The notes: generated from the letters alone by a model not told the origin. 24,000 nucleotides of DNA from Treponema sp. (GCA_009784935.1 WQXI01000016.1:442-24441), one strand, 5' to 3'; shown: positions 1-8,448, counted from the first letter of the stretch. A program made the numbers and translations.

Positions 1-154
1 AAATGGTATTATATTAAAATAACCAAAGGGGGTATTATGAGCATGTATAAACAAAACAGTAATATTAATGATCCCCCCCTATTTTTAATTTTAGCAATTA
101 AAAGTAAATTCCAATTCAATTTTTTCTACACGATTCACCAAGGCGAGGTGACAA

Positions 155-629
155 ATGTTTTGTAAATATTGCGGGAAACAATTACCAGATAATAGTAATT
201 TTTGCTCAGGGTGCGGTTATAAGATAATAAACACTAGTAATAACAACACTTATTATTATTTTTGGAATAATAACAAATAAATCTTCCGGAAATTCTAAAT
301 CAACAACAAGAAACGCTTCACCAACATATACAGCTGCAAATTTTGTAGGAACTTGGGATGGAGTAGATGAAGGAACTGGTTTATCGACTGTCTATACTTT
401 TAATAGAGACGGGACTGTTCAGAGTGTATCAATAGATATTACTAACCGAGGCACATATAGAGTTAGCGGAAACACTATTCAGATAACCATGACAGAGGGG
501 TTCACGGGTATTTTATTTCCTGATGGTCAGAGTGTTAGATACAATTTTAGGTTTAATGGTAACGACAGGCTTCAACTTACAACTACTATCTTAGGTATTC
601 GCTTAACAGAGAACCTCATAAAAAGATAA
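155..629 (+). pseudogene. Zinc-ribbon membrane protein with C-terminal beta-rich domain, apparently interrupted by a frameshift
   Basis: GAGGTG ribosome-binding-like site just upstream of ATG155; frame 2 encodes MFCKYCGKQLPDNSNFCSGCGYKII (two CxxC pairs) and stops at 278-280; frame 0, open from 231 to the TAA at 627-629, encodes a hydrophobic stretch (TLVITTLIIIFGIITNKSS) and ..NFVGTWDGVDEGTGLSTVYTFNRDGTVQ.. The expected zinc ribbon-TM-domain architecture is split over two frames. Confidence 0.6.
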
Positions 630-722
630 ATACAGGTATTACACCACATAGAAGATGTAAAAACCCTGTGCAATCTAGCCTTTAATTAAGCGTTAATTTA
701 TTTTTGCAGGTACTGTCATAAT

Positions 723-1067
723 CTAATTACTTAACCTATAAAGAGCATATTGATTAAGCGAAATGCCTTCTTGCTCTGCTGCTAAAGCAAGTCGGGCATG
801 AAGGCTTTTTGGCAAACGCAAAACGAATTTACCACTGTATTGATTATCTTCTATCGGCTCAGGTATTGAAAAACCGTTTTCCAGTTTTGCTTCAAACCAA
901 CCTTTCATTGCTTCTTGTATATTTTCAAAGGCTTCATTGTAGGTACTGCCATGACTCATACAGCCGTCAAGCTCTCTAACAGTAGCGAAAAAATATGAAC
1001 CCGTCTCATCATTCTTATGCTGTATAACAATATGATAAGGCTTTGAAAGGTACTTCTTTACATTCAT
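723..1067 (-). CDS. hicB: HicB-family antitoxin
   Basis: ORF protein has HicB-like N-terminal fold (YHIVIQHKNDETGSYFFATVRELDGCMSHGSTYNEAFENIQEAMKGW) and C-terminal ribbon-helix-helix-like segment (LRLPKSLHARLALAAEQEGISLNQY); adjacent to a HicA-like ORF. Confidence 0.88.
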   Translation of the reverse strand: MNVKKYLSKPYHIVIQHKNDETGSYFFATVRELDGCMSHGSTYNEAFENIQEAMKGWFEAKLENGFSIPEPIEDNQYSGKFVLRLPKSLHARLALAAEQEGISLNQYALYRLSN

Positions 1068-1294
1068 TATTTTTCTCCAATTCGTTCCAGTATTGCAGTT
1101 ATATAGGCTTTTTTTATTTGCCCTTTTGCAACAACAGTAATAACATCGCCTGTAGAATTAATATACTGACGATGTGAACTTTCCATGCGTTTGCAACTAT
1201 AGCCGTAATAACGCAATACATAATCAGCTTCTTCAAGGATTATTCCATGAGGCTGGTCTTTCATTTTCTGTAAAAGTTTCTTAATCCTTGCCAT
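1067..1294 (-). CDS. hicA: HicA-family mRNA interferase toxin
   Basis: 75-aa ORF directly upstream of hicB, sharing its boundary base; HicA-like 'GYSCKRMESSHRQYINSTGDVITV' with the SHR active-site region. Confidence 0.8.
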   Translation of the reverse strand: MARIKKLLQKMKDQPHGIILEEADYVLRYYGYSCKRMESSHRQYINSTGDVITVVAKGQIKKAYITAILERIGEK

Positions 1295-1410
1295 ATTCTT
1301 ATAATACTATATATGATACTATCATGTCAAGTATTTTTTTATACCCGTTTCCCAATTATCTGTGGTTATTGTCAAGATTAATTTAAATTAGTAAGATATA
1401 GGGGTATTTC

Positions 1411-1493
1411 GCCGGCGTGGTGGAATGGCAGACACTGGGGACTTAAAATCCCCTCCTAGCAATAGGGTATCAGTTCGAGTCTGATCGCCGGCA
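1411..1493 (+). tRNA. tRNA-Leu (anticodon TAA)
   Basis: Acceptor stem GCCGGCG/CGCCGGC with discriminator A; anticodon arm GGGGA-CTTAAAA-TCCCC; variable arm; T-arm GTTCGAG; class II length of 83 nt. Confidence 0.93.
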
Positions 1494-1525
1494 GTGATAA
1501 TTAGCCTATCAGTAAGGAGCAAACT

Positions 1526-2905
1526 ATGACAAATAAAATCCCTACAAGAATTTACATTTCCGAAGATGAGATGCCTAAATACTGGTATAACCTTAGAGCA
1601 GATATGAAAAATAAGCCCGATCCCATGCTGCACCCCGGCACTTTACAGCCTGTGACTGCCGCAGATTTGGCGCCTGTTTTTTGTAATGCCGTTATAGAAC
1701 AGGAACTTGACGAGACAACAATTAATATTCCCATACCCGAAGAGATTCAGGATTTTTACCGCGCGTACCGTCCGTCAGCACTTATTCGGGCTTATTATCT
1801 CGAAAAGGCGCTGGATACGCCTGCAGAAATTTATTATAAGTTTGAAGGAACAAATACTTCGGGCTCTCATAAACTTAACTCGGCAGGACCGCAGGCTTTT
1901 TACGCAAAAAAAGACGGGCTCACATCGCTTACTACCGAAACCGGCGCAGGACAATGGGGAACAGCAATGTCGATGGCTTGCGCGTTTTACGGTTTAAAAT
2001 TGATCGTATATATGGTAAAAATCAGTTCGGAACAAAAGCCATACCGAAAAGCGCTGATGGAATCATACGGCGCAAACTTGATTGCTTCGCCGTCTAACAC
2101 GACAGAATCAGGCAAAAAAATTCTGGCAGGCGATCCCAACACTGGCGGCTCCCTTGGCTGCGCAATTTCCGAAGCAATAGAAACAGCAGTTAAAACCGAT
2201 AAATGCCGTTATGTGCTTGGAAGCGTTCTTAATCATGTTTTATTGCACCAGACAGTAATCGGCTTAGAAGCAAAAACAGCTTTGGATAAATTCGGCATTA
2301 AACCCGACATAATCATCGGCTGTGCAGGCGGCGGTTCAAACTTGGGCGGTCTTATCGCTCCGTTTATGGGTGACAAGATCGAAGGAAAATCCGATGCTCG
2401 CTTTATCGCAGTCGAACCTGCTTCCTGCCCTTCGTTTACACGTGGCCGTTATGCTTATGACTTTGGTGATACAGCGCAAACTACTCCGCTAATTAGAATG
2501 CAAACCTTGGGAAGCGGTTATATGCCATCGCCTAACCATGCCGGCGGTCTTCGTTACCATGGAATGAATTCAACCCTTGCAAAATTGTTTAAAGACGGTC
2601 TTTTAGAAGCAAGAGCAGAAGTTCAAACTGATGTCTTTGACGCAGCTATTCAATTTATGAAGACAGAAGGTATTCTTCCTGCGCCGGAATCTTCGCATGC
2701 CATAAAAGCGGCGATTGACGAAGCAAATGAATGCAAAAAGACAGGCAAGAAAAAAGTCATTCTTTTTGGATTGAGCGGAACCGGGTTCTTTGATATGACA
2801 GCATATATGTCTTACAATAATAAGACTATGAGCGACCATATTCCAAGCGACGCTGAGCTGGAACGCGGATTTGCTTCAATTCCGGCAATTCCTCAGAACG
2901 GTTAA
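1526..2905 (+). CDS. trpB: Tryptophan synthase beta chain, TrpB2-like (PLP-dependent)
   Basis: 459-aa ORF; TrpB2-type N-terminus (MPKYWYNLRADMKNKPDPMLHPGT), PLP lysine context EGTNTSGSHKLNSA, TETGAGQWGTA, and GCAGGGSNLGG. Confidence 0.92.
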   Translation: MTNKIPTRIYISEDEMPKYWYNLRADMKNKPDPMLHPGTLQPVTAADLAPVFCNAVIEQELDETTINIPIPEEIQDFYRAYRPSALIRAYYLEKALDTPAEIYYKFEGTNTSGSHKLNSAGPQAFYAKKDGLTSLTTETGAGQWGTAMSMACAFYGLKLIVYMVKISSEQKPYRKALMESYGANLIASPSNTTESGKKILAGDPNTGGSLGCAISEAIETAVKTDKCRYVLGSVLNHVLLHQTVIGLEAKTALDKFGIKPDIIIGCAGGGSNLGGLIAPFMGDKIEGKSDARFIAVEPASCPSFTRGRYAYDFGDTAQTTPLIRMQTLGSGYMPSPNHAGGLRYHGMNSTLAKLFKDGLLEARAEVQTDVFDAAIQFMKTEGILPAPESSHAIKAAIDEANECKKTGKKKVILFGLSGTGFFDMTAYMSYNNKTMSDHIPSDAELERGFASIPAIPQNG

Positions 2906-2936
2906 TAGGTAAATTTCTCCCCCATTTCTTCCGATA

Positions 2937-3482
2937 ATGGAATGGGGGCATATTTTGAAAAAGTTATTAATATTTATTCTTGCAGTTTTGATTGCAACAG
3001 CGCTGACAGCCGCTCTTTATGCAGAAGACGATGTCACAATCAAATTTCATAATTTTACATGGGGTACTACTATCGATTCTTTTAGAGCAAGGATGGGAAA
3101 CCCTGTACATGTAGAAGAAATGAACGGGTTTCAGTCATTGGTTTATGAAAATATACCTATGGCAGGTTATCGCGCATTTATGGTCGTCTATTTTTCACGA
3201 AACGGACTGGAAGGCGGAGCCTATTATTTTGACACCAATAATCTCGAAGAATTAATGATGTGTTATGCCGCTGTCCAAAAAGAGCTTGTAACGTTATTTG
3301 GTCCTACACCGCCTGCGCCTGCAGGACGTTTTGAAGAACTAATGAGAGAAATGCGGCCTTATGAATCTTGCTGGAATTTATCAAGCGGATATGTACATCT
3401 CAAAGTTAATACACGGACAAACGATCCTGTTACATTATGGATTTCCGGTCCTTCTATGACTAAAATGTTTGATGGTTCTTAA
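2937..3482 (+). CDS. Hypothetical exported protein
   Basis: ORF with signal-peptide-like N-terminus (KKLLIFILAVLIATALTAALYA); the actual start may be the in-frame TTG a few codons downstream. No recognised family. Confidence 0.65.
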   Translation: MEWGHILKKLLIFILAVLIATALTAALYAEDDVTIKFHNFTWGTTIDSFRARMGNPVHVEEMNGFQSLVYENIPMAGYRAFMVVYFSRNGLEGGAYYFDTNNLEELMMCYAAVQKELVTLFGPTPPAPAGRFEELMREMRPYESCWNLSSGYVHLKVNTRTNDPVTLWISGPSMTKMFDGS

Positions 3483-3488
3483 AATAAT

Positions 3489-4601
3489 TTAACAGATAGT
3501 TCCGCCGCCGATTACAATATCCCCGTCGTACATTACAACTGCCTGCCCCGGCGTGATTGCGCGCTGGGGTGTATCAAATTCAATGTTAAGATTATTTTCT
3601 CCTGTCTGTTCTGCAGAAGCCCATTGTTCAGCTTGAAGATAGCGCGTTTTTACTTTTACCCGCATGGGCGTTTTTATATTGTCCAGCGCAATTATATTGA
3701 TGTTTTTTGCAGAAAGCGATTTGCTGTACAGAGCTTCATCTTCTGCAAGAGTCACAGTGTTTGCCTCAATTGACTTAGAAACAACATATATCGGAGTGTT
3801 AGCTGCAACTCCAAGCCCCCGCCTCTGGCCTGTGGTATAACGAATAAGACCTTTATGCCTGCCGATAACTTTTCCGTTTATATCGATAATATCGCCATGC
3901 GGATATTCTTTGCCTGTATATTTCTCAATAAAACTGCCGTAATCGCCGTCAGGTATAAAACAAATATCCTGACTCTCTCCCTTGGCGGCGTTTACAAGTT
4001 TTTTTTCTTCTGCAATTTTTCGCACTTGAGTCTTTGTAAGCGATCCCAGCGGGAAGCGGGCTTTTTGCAGCTGCTGCTGGCTAAGGCAGTATAATACATA
4101 GCTTTGATCTTTTTTTTCGTCTATTGCTTTTTGCAGAAGGAATCTGCCGCTTACCGGGTCTTTTGTTACCCGCGCATAATGCCCTGTAACAAAAAAATCG
4201 TAATCTATTTTTTTTAATTGCAGATGGATAGGGTTAAATTTAATATTACGATTGCATTCTATGCATGGGTTTGGAGTTGCTCCGCTTTCGTATGTTCTGA
4301 CAAAATGACGTATGACATGTTCGTCAAATTCTTTTGTAAGATCGAGGGTTAAATGTTCTATGCCAAGATTAAGAGCAGCTGTCTTTGCGTCATTTATATC
4401 CTGCAAAGAAGAGCAGCCAGTTTCTTCGCTGCGGAGTTTAAGAGTTAAGCCTGTACATTCTAAACCCTGCTCAATGCTCAAGGCAGCCGCAACAGTGCTG
4501 TCAACGCCGCCGGACATTGCGCACACTGTGCGGGCGCACACTGTGCGGGCGCACACTGTGCGGGCGCATACTGTGCGAGCGCACACTGCACTACTTAACA
4601 A
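3489..4601 (-). CDS. mnmA: tRNA-specific 2-thiouridylase MnmA, with repeat-derived N-terminus
   Basis: MSGGVDSTVAAAL PP-loop, TPNPCIECNRNIKF, FFVTGHYAR, DQSYVLYCL, ESQDICFIPDG, GQRRGLG. The 5' end is a (CARTV)n repeat, so the true start codon is uncertain (TTG 4601 or a GTG inside the repeats). Confidence 0.93.
   Translation of the reverse strand: MLSSAVCARTVCARTVCARTVCARTVCAMSGGVDSTVAAALSIEQGLECTGLTLKLRSEETGCSSLQDINDAKTAALNLGIEHLTLDLTKEFDEHVIRHFVRTYESGATPNPCIECNRNIKFNPIHLQLKKIDYDFFVTGHYARVTKDPVSGRFLLQKAIDEKKDQSYVLYCLSQQQLQKARFPLGSLTKTQVRKIAEEKKLVNAAKGESQDICFIPDGDYGSFIEKYTGKEYPHGDIIDINGKVIGRHKGLIRYTTGQRRGLGVAANTPIYVVSKSIEANTVTLAEDEALYSKSLSAKNINIIALDNIKTPMRVKVKTRYLQAEQWASAEQTGENNLNIEFDTPQRAITPGQAVVMYDGDIVIGGGTIC
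4519..4590. repeat. 15-bp short tandem repeat, ~4.8 copies (consensus GCGCACACTGTGCGG)
   Basis: Units at 4519-4533, 4534-4548, 4549-4563, 4564-4578 (variant) and 4579-4590 (partial); each contains the near-perfect palindrome GCACA-C-TGTGC. Confidence 0.95.
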
Positions 4602-5472
4602 TGTTCCGCCTGCTCATTAAAAATGAAAGTACTAACCCAACAATAAAACAAACGGCAGAAATTACGATTCCAATGCCTTCGCCGATTCCTTCGGCTTCAC
4701 GATACAAAACAAAAATTGAACCAACAACGAGCCCTAAAACAGCGCCGTATGTTTCTCTTGGAACTTTTGCAAGTAAAAAACGTACAAAGGCTGCGCTTAA
4801 TAAAAGCCCTGCAAGCGCGCCTAAAACAACGGGTATTATTAATGGAACATTTAATTCAGAAACTGCCAGAAGCACTGTGCGGTAAAAGCCAATTACAAGA
4901 AGCATAAACGCGCCGGAAATCCCCGGAATAATCATTGCGATTGCAGCTAACGCGCCTGCCGCGGCTAACATTCCAAATACATGCAGCGTTAATTCTGTAT
5001 AAACTACCGTGCCTTCTTCTGGTTTTACAAATGCAAATACTATCATAACAGCGATTGCAATTACAAAACAAATTACAGAAGGCAAAGACGGCAATGCATC
5101 TTTTTTATCTTGAGAAGTTTCGCTGTTAATGTTAGTTTTAGCACAAACATAAGCTTGCGGGCAAACTTTGGAATATATTAAAGGTATACTGCCTGTGATG
5201 ACTCCGATAAAAAACCAATAAGCGGGAGTGCTGTGGTTCTCCATTAATAAAGAAAAAACTTTGCTAAAGAAAAATATTCCCGCGATTCCTCCGATTACTA
5301 AAGGAAGCCAAAACATCCATGCTTCAAATATCTTTTTTAAATCAGGCACTATTACATTTATAAGACGATCGTAAACGCTGAACACAACTGCCATTGTCGC
5401 AACCGAAAACCCGGGAATAATCGCTGTGATACCGAGAATAAATCCAATGCCTGTTAATTTAATTAGTTCCAT
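4591..5472 (-). CDS. DUF368-family polytopic membrane protein
   Basis: N-terminal GIGFILGITAIIPGFSVATMAVVFSVYDRLI and internal AIIPGISGAFMLLVIGFY typical of DUF368; many hydrophobic segments. Confidence 0.87.
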   Translation of the reverse strand: MELIKLTGIGFILGITAIIPGFSVATMAVVFSVYDRLINVIVPDLKKIFEAWMFWLPLVIGGIAGIFFFSKVFSLLMENHSTPAYWFFIGVITGSIPLIYSKVCPQAYVCAKTNINSETSQDKKDALPSLPSVICFVIAIAVMIVFAFVKPEEGTVVYTELTLHVFGMLAAAGALAAIAMIIPGISGAFMLLVIGFYRTVLLAVSELNVPLIIPVVLGALAGLLLSAAFVRFLLAKVPRETYGAVLGLVVGSIFVLYREAEGIGEGIGIVISAVCFIVGLVLSFLMSRRNIVK

Positions 5473-6386
5473 AATTTCTCCGGATAGATTCCTGCTGTTG
5501 TCATTTCTTCCAGTTTTTTTATTGCAGCTTCTCTGTCTTCTTTGTATGTAACGCCGAACCAGTCAGAATCTGCAGAAAGAACTTTTACATTAATGATTTT
5601 CTGCTTAATAAAATGATCAACGGCTTTGGGAATAAAACATTCGCTTTTTATCTGCCCCGGAATATCCGCAGTAAATGTTTTAAGGTAGTCATCAAAGTAT
5701 TTTTTTAAATGAGGCAGTATATCAGGAGAAAATCCCCAAAAGTTCATTGATACCGGCGTATCAGGAGTTAGTTCACGTATTGAACCATCCGGCGCGGTAT
5801 TAAATATTTTTTCATCTTTTTTTTCTATTGCAGTAAGTTCATCTACGCTGACCAAACAGCCGTTTTTTACTTCGCATACTCCGCGCGCTACAGTTCCCTG
5901 CGGACTAAGCGTTTTTTCCAGCCTGTAAGGCACGATAGAAGATTTGTCTGTATCCGAACCTAAGAGATGTTTGCCCATAACAGCGAATGCTTCTCTTCCG
6001 TAAAAATCATCAGCATTGAGCACAGTAAACGGCGCATCAATTTTATCAGCGGCGCATAGCAAAGCATGCCCTGTGCCCCATGGTTTTGTACGCCCCGCTT
6101 CCTTTGCCGCACTGAAAATATCCGGCGGAATCAAAGTGTCAAGATTTTGAAAAGCTAGTTCGTAATTAACTTTTTTACCCATACGCGCTAGAACAAGCTG
6201 ACTAAAATCTTTTTCGATATCATTACGGATAATAAAAACTATTTTTTCGAACCCGGAATTAACAGCGTCAAATACAGAGTAATCCAAAAGCACTTCGCCG
6301 TTTTTTCCGATTTTATCCATTTGTTTTAATCCGCCGTAACGGCTTCCCATGCCTGCGGCAAGAACTACTAAAATAGGACCTTTCAT
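5463..6386 (-). CDS. Sugar-phosphate nucleotidyltransferase family protein
   Basis: N-terminal MKGPILVVLAAGMGSRYGGLKQMDKIGKNGE nucleotide-binding signature; PFTVLNADDFYG acceptor motif. Confidence 0.85.
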   Translation of the reverse strand: MKGPILVVLAAGMGSRYGGLKQMDKIGKNGEVLLDYSVFDAVNSGFEKIVFIIRNDIEKDFSQLVLARMGKKVNYELAFQNLDTLIPPDIFSAAKEAGRTKPWGTGHALLCAADKIDAPFTVLNADDFYGREAFAVMGKHLLGSDTDKSSIVPYRLEKTLSPQGTVARGVCEVKNGCLVSVDELTAIEKKDEKIFNTAPDGSIRELTPDTPVSMNFWGFSPDILPHLKKYFDDYLKTFTADIPGQIKSECFIPKAVDHFIKQKIINVKVLSADSDWFGVTYKEDREAAIKKLEEMTTAGIYPEKLWN

Positions 6387-6388
6387 AT

Positions 6389-6943
6389 TTACTCCTTTGT
6401 ATACGTAATAATAGAAAAATTTTCATAATTTACGGTGTCGGTTTTTTTCCAGCTTTCGTCTATTTTAGGAAAATAAGTATCACCGTCGTAATTTCCGGGG
6501 ATTAATGTAAGAATTATTTTATTTGCATAAGGCATTGCCTGAGTGTAGATTGATTCCCCGCCGCAGATAAATACTTTTTCGTAATTGGCACAAGATTCAA
6601 TGGCGGCATTTAAAGAAGAAAGAATAACCACAGAGGACTGCAACTGAAGTTGCTTGGAGTTACACGGAGTCTTTCGTCCGAAAGCACTATCTTCTCCGTG
6701 AAACTCTGTGTACTCCGTGGTAAAATTCTTATTTTTGGAAATAATTATATTCAATCTTCCGGGCAGAGGTTTAACAGGAAGCGAGTCCCAAGTTTTTCTG
6801 CCCATTATACACGGCCATCCAATAGTAGTCTCTTTAAAGTGCGCGAGGTTTCCTTTTATCGACCACGGCATAGCGTTATCTTTGCCGATAACCTGGTTTT
6901 CTGCCATAGCGGCAATTAAAATTATCTCTTGCTTCTTCTTCAT
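6389..6943 (-). CDS. folA: Dihydrofolate reductase with an internal repeat-derived insertion
   Basis: LIAAMAENQVIGKDNAMPWSIKGNLAHFKETTIGWPCIMGRKTWDSLPVKPLPGRLNIIISKN and VFICGGESIYTQAMPYANKIILTLI; adjacent to thyA. Confidence 0.93.
   Translation of the reverse strand: MKKKQEIILIAAMAENQVIGKDNAMPWSIKGNLAHFKETTIGWPCIMGRKTWDSLPVKPLPGRLNIIISKNKNFTTEYTEFHGEDSAFGRKTPCNSKQLQLQSSVVILSSLNAAIESCANYEKVFICGGESIYTQAMPYANKIILTLIPGNYDGDTYFPKIDESWKKTDTVNYENFSIITYTKE
6625..6731. repeat. Dispersed 'CACGGAG' palindromic element inside folA
   Basis: ACCACAGAGGAC...GGAGTTACACGGAG...TTCTCCGTGAAACTCTGTGTACTCCGTGGTAAAATTCTTA; matches the copy at 13135-13226 in order and orientation. Confidence 0.85.
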
Positions 6944-6956
6944 CTAAAATCTTCCA

Positions 6957-7012
6957 TTCGTGAAAATACCGTAGGTATTAGTTCGTGCAAGTACCGAAGG
7001 TACTAATTCGTG
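6957..7012. repeat. Short direct repeat with ~25-bp period (TTCGTG boundaries, internal TACCGNAGGTA palindromes)
   Basis: TTCGTG at 6957, 6982 and 7007 with spacers AAAATACCGTAGGTATTAG and CAAGTACCGAAGGTACTAA. Confidence 0.7.
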
Positions 7013-7029
7013 GTAAAAATTTTTAAATA

Positions 7030-7896
7030 TCATACGGCAATCTCAAACTTTATCGCAGGATGAGGATCGTAATTTTCTACGATTGTGTCGTCATAGTGCC
7101 ACTCAAATATCGATGTAAATTTTTCTGTTTTAATTCTAGGAAGCTCTTTTGGCTTTCGCGTTAGCTGCAAACTAATTGCATTAATATGATTTACATAAAT
7201 ATGCACATCACCCAAAAAGCCGATTAATCTGCCTTCGCCCAAGTTTGCTTCTTTTGCCAGCAAGTGTAAAAGACAGCCGTAACTTGCAATATTAAAAGGC
7301 AGCCCCAGCGCGACATCGACCGATCGCTGATTCCAAAGCAGGTTAAGCTTACCGTCAATAACAGTCACCTGAAAACTATAATGGCATGGAGGCAATGCCA
7401 TGCGGTGTAAGTCGCTAGGGTTCCACGCGCTGACAATCATTCGGCGGTCATCGGGATTTGTTTTTAATGTCTGTACAAGTTTTTTTAGCTGATCAACGCC
7501 GCTGCCTTCCGGCGAACTGTTATACGCAGTATATTTTGCACCAAAGTTACGCCATTGCCAGCCATATATAGGACCAAGCTCACGTTCGTTCATCATTTTT
7601 GTTTTTGTTTGTTCGTCATTACCGTACGGAACAACATCGGGGCTGCACCATTCGTCCCATATCGAATTTTTTTGTTCTTTTAGCCATTCTTTGTCGGTAT
7701 ACCCGCGGATAAAAAATTCGAGTTCTGAGCGAACCATGCGGAACGGCACTTTTTTTGTGGTTAAAAGCGGGAAACCCTCAGACATATCATGTTCAAACAT
7801 AGCGCCAGCGATGGAAAGAGCGTCTACGCCGGTACGGTTAGTTTTTCTAAAACCGGTGTCGAGTATTTTTTGTACGATATCAAGATATGCTTTCAT
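7030..7896 (-). CDS. thyA: Thymidylate synthase
   Basis: FPLLTTKKVPFRMVRSELEFFIRG, LGPIYGWQWRNFGA, ALPPCHYSFQV catalytic Cys, NQRSVDVALGLPFNIASYG. Confidence 0.97.
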   Translation of the reverse strand: MKAYLDIVQKILDTGFRKTNRTGVDALSIAGAMFEHDMSEGFPLLTTKKVPFRMVRSELEFFIRGYTDKEWLKEQKNSIWDEWCSPDVVPYGNDEQTKTKMMNERELGPIYGWQWRNFGAKYTAYNSSPEGSGVDQLKKLVQTLKTNPDDRRMIVSAWNPSDLHRMALPPCHYSFQVTVIDGKLNLLWNQRSVDVALGLPFNIASYGCLLHLLAKEANLGEGRLIGFLGDVHIYVNHINAISLQLTRKPKELPRIKTEKFTSIFEWHYDDTIVENYDPHPAIKFEIAV

Positions 7897-8375
7897 ACCT
7901 TTAATGCCTGCGCAGATAAACTACCGTTATGGATTTGTTCTTTTACATAAAAGCCGTAAGTTTTATCATGGATTGCAATATGACTAAAAATCCAGTCTTT
8001 AAGAGTACGGACAAAATGATTGGGTACAAAATGTTTGCCTTCGTTATATTCTTTTGCCGCTTCTAGAATATCCTTAATTAAAATATCATGCATTTTTTTA
8101 TGCTCATTCAGCTGAGGATAATTTATTGTTTTTAGTAGTTTTATTTCGTCATCAAAGTGAAAATGGACATACTCCACCATCTTGTGCATTGCTTCTTTAA
8201 ATACAGTTTGGAGCATATCAGGTTTGGCAATGCAGGCAACATATAATTGATTTGTAAGCTCAACAAGCTTTTTATGCTGAACGTCTATTACTTCGATTCC
8301 TGTTGCATACTTTTCATCCCAAACAACAATTTCTGCCGTTTCCTGCTTTTTTTCCTGCTGGTCATTATTAGTCAT
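7893..8375 (-). CDS. Bacteriohemerythrin family O2/iron-binding protein
   Basis: TGIEVIDVQHKKLVELTNQLY, HKMVEYVHFHFDDEIKLL, YPQLNEHKKMHD, FSHIAIHDKTYG. ORF opens at 8411; MTNND at 8375 is a likely start. 4-bp overlap with thyA. Confidence 0.88.
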   Translation of the reverse strand: MTNNDQQEKKQETAEIVVWDEKYATGIEVIDVQHKKLVELTNQLYVACIAKPDMLQTVFKEAMHKMVEYVHFHFDDEIKLLKTINYPQLNEHKKMHDILIKDILEAAKEYNEGKHFVPNHFVRTLKDWIFSHIAIHDKTYGFYVKEQIHNGSLSAQALKV

Positions 8376-8448
8376 ATCGAACATTATACCAAAAAACAGG
8401 AAAAAAGGCAATTAGACCTTATTTTATAAATATGTTATAAATATCTCT

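Noticed and set aside
723-1294. HicAB locus as a candidate novel defence system
   Set aside because: Gene order and sequences fit a standard HicA toxin plus HicB antitoxin; no additional associated genes are seen.
1388-1633. Minus-strand ORF overlapping tRNA-Leu and the trpB 5' end
   Set aside because: Conflicts with a confident tRNA and the trpB start; no recognised protein features.
4519-4590. Possible CRISPR-like array or phase-variable simple repeat
   Set aside because: The units are contiguous with no spacers, and the 15-nt unit preserves reading frame, so it is neither CRISPR nor a classical on/off phase-variation tract.
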